Assembly: GCA_003152105.1 (NCBI GenBank)
Contig: PLZJ01000002.1
Location: 405,682-469,681, forward strand
Source: Candidatus Levyibacteriota bacterium
GTDB lineage: Bacteria > Patescibacteriota > Microgenomatia > Levybacterales > UBA12049
Direction of reading: 5' to 3'
Length of the DNA: 64,000 nt
The notes below the pieces were generated by a model. The model made no database searches. It was given only the letters and a program-made list of their open reading frames with translations, and had not been told where the DNA came from. The position numbers and the translations under genes were made by a program. Below are positions 58,175-64,000 of the stretch, one piece after another; position 1 is the stretch's first letter; each line of letters opens with the position of its first letter.

Positions 58175-58702
58175 TTATTGAGTAGTAACAGTAAAGGTAC
58201 TACTCGAACTTGTTCCATTACTGTTTATAACTTCGATAGGGTAATTTCCCGGGACTGTTTGCTGCAAGAAAATTGCCATACAATGAGCAACTTGCTGATC
58301 ATGAGTTGAAAAATCAGGTCCATTACAGCCTCCTTCAGCGGTCAGCGGTACCGTAAAAGTTAAATGTGTGCCGTCACTTGAGGCTATGTTGCCAAGATAT
58401 GCCCGTCCAAATTGGATAAAATTGTCAGAAGTAAAATGTTGACCGGTAATTGTGACTTGCGTGTTTATAGGACCTGAGGTTGGATACATTGAAATCGAAT
58501 TATCTTTTTTTGGAGATTGAGATGGATTTTGTTTAATGAGAACAGTTTGAACGATAGTTGGACTTACTAATTTTTGATATTCCATACCTAGATAAAAGCC
58601 AAAAAATGGAAAGAGAATAAAAAGAAGTAATGCAAGTAATTTTGAAAATGTAGTTACCGTAGTTAAGGATGTGGGTAGCTTCATGTGTGTTTGATGATTC
58701 AT
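58175..58702 (-). CDS. membrane-anchored exported protein with IPT/TIG-like beta-sandwich
   Basis: TM helix then INTQVTITGQHFTSDNFIQFG (IPT-like). Confidence 0.45.
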   Translation of the reverse strand: MNHQTHMKLPTSLTTVTTFSKLLALLLFILFPFFGFYLGMEYQKLVSPTIVQTVLIKQNPSQSPKKDNSISMYPTSGPINTQVTITGQHFTSDNFIQFGRAYLGNIASSDGTHLTFTVPLTAEGGCNGPDFSTHDQQVAHCMAIFLQQTVPGNYPIEVINSNGTSSSSTFTVTTQ

Positions 58703-58717
58703 TTTTGTACGCTAGTT

Positions 58718-59131
58718 TTACTTTTTTGTATTCAATTCTTGCAGCGGTAATTGTCTTACTGGAACTTCTTTTCCATCAACATATCCTAAATGATATTCTC
58801 CTTCTTTATTTTTGTCGCGGAAAAAACCTCTACCACTTTTTGCTTGATAGCGAAGGTGCATTGTGCCAACTATTCCTTCATCCAATGGGCTACTAGCATC
58901 ATTTCTTGTGACCTGTACTGCTATATCAACAATGACTCTTCCATCTGCGTTTTTTGTAAATGTTGGCTTTAGCGGCAATTGAGTGCAAAGTAATTCACCG
59001 TGGGCTACTGTATGAATATCACCACTGCCAAACTCATATAAATGAGTCCCTTGTCTAATAGTATATGTCTTCGGTTTTTGTTTTTCTTTGGGGGCTTCTT
59101 TGCTTGCGTGTTCAGGTGAAATTGCAGTCAT
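58718..59131 (-). CDS. hypothetical protein
   Basis: 137-aa ORF; Lys/Pro-rich N-terminus; no recognised motif. Confidence 0.4.
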   Translation of the reverse strand: MTAISPEHASKEAPKEKQKPKTYTIRQGTHLYEFGSGDIHTVAHGELLCTQLPLKPTFTKNADGRVIVDIAVQVTRNDASSPLDEGIVGTMHLRYQAKSGRGFFRDKNKEGEYHLGYVDGKEVPVRQLPLQELNTKK

Positions 59132-59158
59132 AGCTTTATTATAGCAAACAATGACTTA

Positions 59159-59578
59159 TTACTTTCTGACTTCTTCTAGTACACGAAGTAGAAAATCTGA
59201 AACAAGTATGTTTTTTAATTCGTAAGGAGATACCCACATATAGTCGCTATGATCTTTGCTTAGTTGAATAACTTGGGCTTCATTTTCTAACTTAGCATAG
59301 TATGCAATTCGGATTGCTTGAACAATCGTGTCATTTGTTTCCTCAATGTATGAAGCAATTGATAGTACTTGATAAATTGTGGCAAAAAGATTAGTTTCCT
59401 CACTGATTTCTCTTTGTACTTCTTCTTTGGGATCTTGTCCAAATTCTAATGTACCTCCAGGAAGTTCCCAGACATTTGGAAATGTATCATGCGCTGCTCG
59501 TTTTATTATTAAAATTTCCCCGTTTTTGTTATAGATGAGTCCATAAACGGCGATATATTGTCTTTGTCTTTTTGCCAT
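59159..59578 (-). CDS. NUDIX hydrolase
   Basis: Nudix box GGTLEFGQDPKEEVQREISEETN. Confidence 0.7.
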   Translation of the reverse strand: MAKRQRQYIAVYGLIYNKNGEILIIKRAAHDTFPNVWELPGGTLEFGQDPKEEVQREISEETNLFATIYQVLSIASYIEETNDTIVQAIRIAYYAKLENEAQVIQLSKDHSDYMWVSPYELKNILVSDFLLRVLEEVRK

Positions 59579-59638
59579 TGATGTGATTATAGCATGAGAT
59601 ACTTTCTAATTTTATGCAAAGTTTGTATACTATTTTGA

Positions 59639-60586
59639 ATGGCTAAAAAAAAGTCTCATAAAAAAAAGATTTCTTCGAGCAAATTAAAAATAATTGAAAG
59701 CAAGAAATCATCCACAAGACATTTTTCCATTTTTCTCTTTATTGTTACTGCATTAGTGCTTATTTTGGCTGTTTTTTTGTATGCATATGAGAATTTTCAT
59801 ACGCCAAAAACCGTGTTAGATTCTCCAAAGCATTTAGTTAAAAAATTACCGGCAGATGTTAAGAAACAAATTTTAACTGCTTCTCCGTCAGCCACTTTTC
59901 GAGTGCCAATTCTTCTTTATCATTATGTTGAATATGTACAAGACAAGAAAGATACGATTCGAGAGTCATTAAATATTGATCCCTATACGTTTGAACAACA
60001 AGTTATTACCTTAAAAAACGCTGGCTATACATTTATGACTGCCAAAGAGCTTGGAGACGTATTAGATGGAAAAATGCAACTGCCTAAAAATCCAATACTG
60101 CTAACATTTGACGATGGCCATTGGGATTTTTATACAGATGTGCTCCCAATTCTTAAAAAATACAATATTAAAGCGACTGCATATATAATATCGGGTTTTA
60201 TTGGAGGGTCTGATTTTATGTCAATGTCGCAGTTGCAAGGCGTTGAAGATAGTAATTTAGTTGATGTAGGAGCGCATACTGTACATCACTATTCGTTACG
60301 ACATTTATCGCTTACAACGGTTGAGAATGAAGTGGATATGAGTAAAGAGTGGTTAGAAAAAATGTATCATAAGCCTGTTGTATCTTTTGCTTACCCAAAC
60401 GGATCGTTTGATGATCAAGCTGTACAAGTTGTTAAAAATGCTGGATTTAAAACTGCAGTTTCAACAGTGCCAGGCATTTTGCAAAATCAAACGAACCGTT
60501 ATTTTCTCTATAGACTAAGACCTGGTCATCGTATAGGGGTTCAGCTGCTTACTTGGTTATCAGAAGATTCGTTTAGGCCGTTTTGA
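59639..60586 (+). CDS. polysaccharide deacetylase (CE4, NodB homology)
   Basis: signal anchor; LLTFDDGHWDFYTDVLPILKKYNIKATAYII and HTVHH motifs. Confidence 0.75.
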   Translation: MAKKKSHKKKISSSKLKIIESKKSSTRHFSIFLFIVTALVLILAVFLYAYENFHTPKTVLDSPKHLVKKLPADVKKQILTASPSATFRVPILLYHYVEYVQDKKDTIRESLNIDPYTFEQQVITLKNAGYTFMTAKELGDVLDGKMQLPKNPILLTFDDGHWDFYTDVLPILKKYNIKATAYIISGFIGGSDFMSMSQLQGVEDSNLVDVGAHTVHHYSLRHLSLTTVENEVDMSKEWLEKMYHKPVVSFAYPNGSFDDQAVQVVKNAGFKTAVSTVPGILQNQTNRYFLYRLRPGHRIGVQLLTWLSEDSFRPF

Positions 60587-60615
60587 GTAAAGGAATGGAT
60601 AATTGTTTTTCAATC

Positions 60616-61776
60616 TTATCGAAGTAGTCTATAAATTGTCTCTTCAATTCTTTCTCTTTTAAGAGCAATAAAACACGCAAGAAGAGTAGTAATTGGTACA
60701 GCAAGCATTAACCCGCTACTGCCAACAATAGTTCTTGCAACCTCTTCAATTGTCGTTTCATTATTTAAAAGTATCCAAAATGGTAAATGCGCAGGGTTAA
60801 GAGAGAAAAATATGAATATTGCAAGTGAAGTTCCTGCGTATGCAAGTACGAGTGTATTTATTATTGATGCGATATGTTCTTTTCCAATTGCCATACCTTT
60901 TTGAAACAAGGTTCCCAGTGATTGTTTTGGATTTTCTGAAACGAGTGTAAACATAGTAATTGATTGTGTAGTTGTAACATCATTTAAGGCACCAAGAGTA
61001 CCAATAAGAATTCCTCCAAGTAGTAGCCCTTGAGGATTAATGGTATTGTTTGTTCCAACAACAAGTGCCTGTATATCTTCATTGCCAAGCCCAAATAAGT
61101 GAAGCAATGTGACAACCCATACAGAGAGTAACACGGTACATACTAATGCAATTCCTGTGCCTATCAGTGCTACCGTTGTTTTGACTGAAACTCCATGTGC
61201 AATATAGGTGGTGAAGAAGAGTATTCCGCATGCCCCAATGCAAGATACAGTTAGTGGATCAGCGCCTTTTATGATACTTGGGACTATGTAAAATGAAATA
61301 ATACCGATACTAATTAGAAGTCCTACTAAGGCGCCAAGACCTTTTCTTCCTGCAATAAGCATAACAAGAACAATAAACGCTCCAAGTATCCACCATAACA
61401 GTGGTAAACGATACGGTTCATAGATGCTATAGAGCATAGACTTATCTGGATTTTGCCTACTATCAATAATTACGCTGTCGCCGATCTGTAATTTTTGGCT
61501 ATCGACATAGCGAGAGTCTATAGAATAATCAAGGCTCACAAACTTACCTTTTTGCTTTCCTTCAAGCAGTTCTGCTTGTAGGCGCTGCGTGTATGATTTT
61601 GTGCTTCCAATAGATTGTGTCCCTTGAGCCACTATCTTTGTTACGGTTGCTCTAACAAAAGTTTCTGCTGGATCTAATGAATCTGGTGGAGCTGCAAACG
61701 TGCTTTTCGAAAATAGTATAAAAAGGAAAACTGAAAAGCAAAAGAAAATAACGGTCTGCTTTGTGAAATAGTTCAT
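60616..61776 (-). CDS. YibE/F-like multi-pass membrane protein
   Basis: signal peptide + soluble N-domain then about 8 TM helices; overall YibE/F architecture. Confidence 0.6.
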   Translation of the reverse strand: MNYFTKQTVIFFCFSVFLFILFSKSTFAAPPDSLDPAETFVRATVTKIVAQGTQSIGSTKSYTQRLQAELLEGKQKGKFVSLDYSIDSRYVDSQKLQIGDSVIIDSRQNPDKSMLYSIYEPYRLPLLWWILGAFIVLVMLIAGRKGLGALVGLLISIGIISFYIVPSIIKGADPLTVSCIGACGILFFTTYIAHGVSVKTTVALIGTGIALVCTVLLSVWVVTLLHLFGLGNEDIQALVVGTNNTINPQGLLLGGILIGTLGALNDVTTTQSITMFTLVSENPKQSLGTLFQKGMAIGKEHIASIINTLVLAYAGTSLAIFIFFSLNPAHLPFWILLNNETTIEEVARTIVGSSGLMLAVPITTLLACFIALKRERIEETIYRLLR

Positions 61777-61788
61777 CTTACTATTATA

Positions 61789-62808
61789 TCACTCCTTTTC
61801 CGTTTGTTGGTTAACTGAGAGAAGATGTGTTTTTGGGTCTCCTTGGTTAGTAAAAAAAGTTGTTAGCAAAGGTGTTGGAGCAATTGTTATTTGTTTATCT
61901 GAAAGTAACTGTGAGACGGTTACAAATATGAAACCTCTTTGTTTGAGATTTTCTATAATTGCAGGAAGTGCATCTGCAGTATGAGGCGTATTCGACTCTC
62001 CTCCTAAATGAAGTGCGATAATAGAGCCATTAGTTGTTTGAGAAAGTACATTTGAAACAATTGAGCTTGTATCTGGATTAAAGCCATCGTTTCCAACAGT
62101 ATCCCAATGAACAACTGTTAAGTGTTCTTTTTGAACAACCGCAAGCGATGCGTTATCATAGCATCCACCGGGAAAGCGAAAATAAGAATTCGAAGTATTG
62201 CCTACATTCTTTAGTAGTTCCTGTGTTTTATTAATCTCGTCAGGTAATTGATTGCTAGTTTCAACACTTAAACCAAAGCAAGATCCTGCAAAAGACGGAT
62301 GTGAATATGAATGATTGGCAAGCTCAAATAGTTTATTTTTTCCAAATGCTTTTGTTTCCGTTGGATACATTTGAATCCACATCCCTGTTAAAAAGAATGT
62401 TGCAGATGTATTAGTTTTTTCAAGTTCAGTTATAACTCGACTATCGTAGTATGATGTAACATATCCTAGGTCTTTTTGTTCTTTCATCCATGGCGTCATA
62501 TCTGCATCAAATGTTAATGCCACTTCCTTTTTAAGTCTTGTCCCATGCGTTACTATACTTTGTGAAAATGAGATTTTCTTTTGTAATAAAAGAAGTGGAC
62601 TATGGGTAAATTGTGAATAAAATTGATGAACAAGCAGATTCTTTGATATTGTATTGTTTCCAAATGATAAATTGTTAGTATGTACTTGGTGATGCAGGTT
62701 ATGTGTTTTGGTTGTGATTGAGAACAGAACTAGGACACCATAAATCAGTAAAAACGTCATGCGAAAGAAGGAAGAATGAAAGAAAGAATTATCAAATTTC
62801 ATCGTCAC
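61789..62808 (-). CDS. polysaccharide deacetylase (CE4, NodB homology)
   Basis: LTFDADMTPWM, NHSYSHP and zinc/His motifs of NodB domain; N-terminal TM. Confidence 0.7.
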   Translation of the reverse strand: MTMKFDNSFFHSSFFRMTFLLIYGVLVLFSITTKTHNLHHQVHTNNLSFGNNTISKNLLVHQFYSQFTHSPLLLLQKKISFSQSIVTHGTRLKKEVALTFDADMTPWMKEQKDLGYVTSYYDSRVITELEKTNTSATFFLTGMWIQMYPTETKAFGKNKLFELANHSYSHPSFAGSCFGLSVETSNQLPDEINKTQELLKNVGNTSNSYFRFPGGCYDNASLAVVQKEHLTVVHWDTVGNDGFNPDTSSIVSNVLSQTTNGSIIALHLGGESNTPHTADALPAIIENLKQRGFIFVTVSQLLSDKQITIAPTPLLTTFFTNQGDPKTHLLSVNQQTEKE

Positions 62809-62844
62809 ATTGTAAGAGTATGATCTGCTTGATGCAAGTAGTAG

Positions 62845-63432
62845 TTAAACGAGTTCGCGCAGTCCCTCACGGAATGCAACTCCCGATAGGAGTAGTGCCA
62901 TAGCTTGATCAGCCCACCAGAAACCAAAAAACACATTAAGTAAAAGTCCAATCAGCACTGTTGAAGATAAGCCTGCGTCAATTAAGGAAAATTTGCCATC
63001 TGCAGTAACTGCATTATTTTGCAATAACTTACCCACTCTTTTTTTGAATAACCCAAGTACTATCATGCCGATGGTTGCTATGATAAGAAGTAAGATGCCA
63101 AATAATGATCGGTTTGCGTGAGTGTGGGCGAGTAAGCCTTGTGTCGCTTGAATAAATATATATAATGAAACGAGAAGATATGCAGCACCAATTAACTTCA
63201 GTGCTCTTTTTTCTCTTTTCATATTACCTCCACTGAGTTGCCAAACCACCACTAGCGAAACGAACACTTCAATACTTGATTCAAGGCCATAAGAATATAG
63301 CGCAATCGAGTGAGAAAATACTCCCGTAGCAATTGTAAGAATGCCTTCGACACTATTCCAAAAAATGGTAATGTATTCCAGTAGCAATGCTTTTGCGAAT
63401 AGTTCTTTGTATTTGTTACTATCAATGTCCAT
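62845..63432 (-). CDS. membrane protein resembling the transmembrane domain of cation-diffusion-facilitator transporters (no cytoplasmic C-terminal domain)
   Basis: 5-6 TM helices, motif SIALYSYGLESSIEVF; only 195 aa. Confidence 0.4.
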   Translation of the reverse strand: MDIDSNKYKELFAKALLLEYITIFWNSVEGILTIATGVFSHSIALYSYGLESSIEVFVSLVVVWQLSGGNMKREKRALKLIGAAYLLVSLYIFIQATQGLLAHTHANRSLFGILLLIIATIGMIVLGLFKKRVGKLLQNNAVTADGKFSLIDAGLSSTVLIGLLLNVFFGFWWADQAMALLLSGVAFREGLRELV

Positions 63433-63483
63433 ATGTTCATCTTAGAGTATTTGCTCGTAAATTGAAAGAAAAAGGAACAATTA

Positions 63484-63513
63484 TTGACATAAAAGTAGTA
63501 GTCGAGGTATAAG
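63484..63513 (+). promoter_or_regulatory. sigma70-like promoter candidate (TTGACA-17/18-TATAAG)
   Basis: TTGACA 63484-63489; TATAAG 63508-63513. Confidence 0.3.
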
Positions 63514-63537
63514 TTAAGTATGGCATAATGTTTATCT

Positions 63538-64000
63538 ATGACAGAAGTAACTAATACACCGATAATAAATGGAGAGAAGCAATCAGGATTACATGGTATA
63601 TGGGATTTTTTTTCAGGACAAAGTACATTCACAAAAAGCTCCATAGTAATACTTCTCTTAGTTGCAATTGCACTGCCTACGTTTGTTGATCAACTATTTT
63701 CTCATGCAAGTTCATCTGCTACCGTATTTATTGAAGCAGAGGCAGGTAATCTTTCTGGTAATGTTATTCGTTCTACAGATACAAATGCTTCAGGTGGTCA
63801 GTTTATTACTTTTTCAAAACCACTTTCACCATCTGAACAGGCAGCTCCTATTAAAAATACGACAAATACAATTCCAACACAAACACTCTCCTGTATTATT
63901 CCACAGCAATATGGTAGTTCTCGGCAATCAATTGTTATTCCATTAACTGGTACTTATACCATTTGGAGTCGAAGCATGATGGGTAGTTCTAATACAAAGT
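63538..64000 (+). CDS. secreted protein, 5' partial (runs off window end), N-terminal CBM-like module shared with the giant protein
   Basis: ATG 63538, open to end of window; TM anchor then FIEAEAGNLSGNVIRSTDTNASGGQFITF, similar to residues about 78-105 of the 40832 protein. Confidence 0.5.
   Translation, partial: MTEVTNTPIINGEKQSGLHGIWDFFSGQSTFTKSSIVILLLVAIALPTFVDQLFSHASSSATVFIEAEAGNLSGNVIRSTDTNASGGQFITFSKPLSPSEQAAPIKNTTNTIPTQTLSCIIPQQYGSSRQSIVIPLTGTYTIWSRSMMGSSNTK

Noticed and set aside
63252-63644. 130-aa minus-strand ORF spanning the CDF-like gene start and the intergenic promoter region
   Set aside because: It overlaps the better-supported membrane protein ORF and an AT-rich intergenic region and has an implausible composition.
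1-64000. Mobile elements, prophage or CRISPR-Cas
   Set aside because: No integrase, transposase, recombinase, Cas-like protein or spacer-repeat array was recognisable. The only repeats are the intragenic domain duplication and the linker codon runs.

Overview
This is an AT-rich, densely packed bacterial window with short intergenic spacers. Its gene content (many small secreted or membrane-anchored hypothetical proteins, minimal versions of housekeeping enzymes) fits a reduced-genome bacterium such as Patescibacteria/CPR; that placement is inference only. No integrase, transposase or CRISPR array was found.

The window encodes housekeeping genes: maf, prfB, ftsEX, tsaECB, secDF, recJ, a CCA-adding enzyme, aspS, gltX, hflX, tag, pyrD, metK, a DEAD-box helicase and one tRNA-Gln. 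It also carries two accessory islands.

The first island (about 9.4-19.4 kb) is a co-directional operon for cell-surface glycosylation. It holds three nucleotide-sugar branches: a dTDP-deoxyhexose branch (RmlA/B/D-like, no RmlC), UDP-Glc to UDP-GlcA to UDP-Xyl (Ugd and Uxs), and a GDP-mannose dehydratase with a reductase. It ends in a GT2-GtrA fusion and a GT-C (GT39/ArnT-like) membrane transferase.

The second island centres on a 1642-aa secreted multi-enzyme protein (40.8-45.8 kb). This protein combines discoidin-like, SGNH esterase, GH5 and GH18 modules with an internal 567-nt tandem domain duplication. Elsewhere the window holds another GH-A hydrolase with a dockerin-like motif, paralogous COG4315-type secreted proteins and two CE4 deacetylases.

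Regulatory RNA candidates are a SAM-I-clan riboswitch with an intrinsic terminator directly upstream of metK, and a consensus extended -10 promoter with a roughly 185-nt leader ahead of an RRM-protein/DEAD-helicase pair. Other notable points are an FtsEX module followed by a PcsB-like coiled-coil/C39-like hydrolase, a half-length TsaB, an RF2 gene without the programmed frameshift, and convergent small zinc-ribbon genes sharing a bidirectional terminator beside a perfect 20-nt palindrome.
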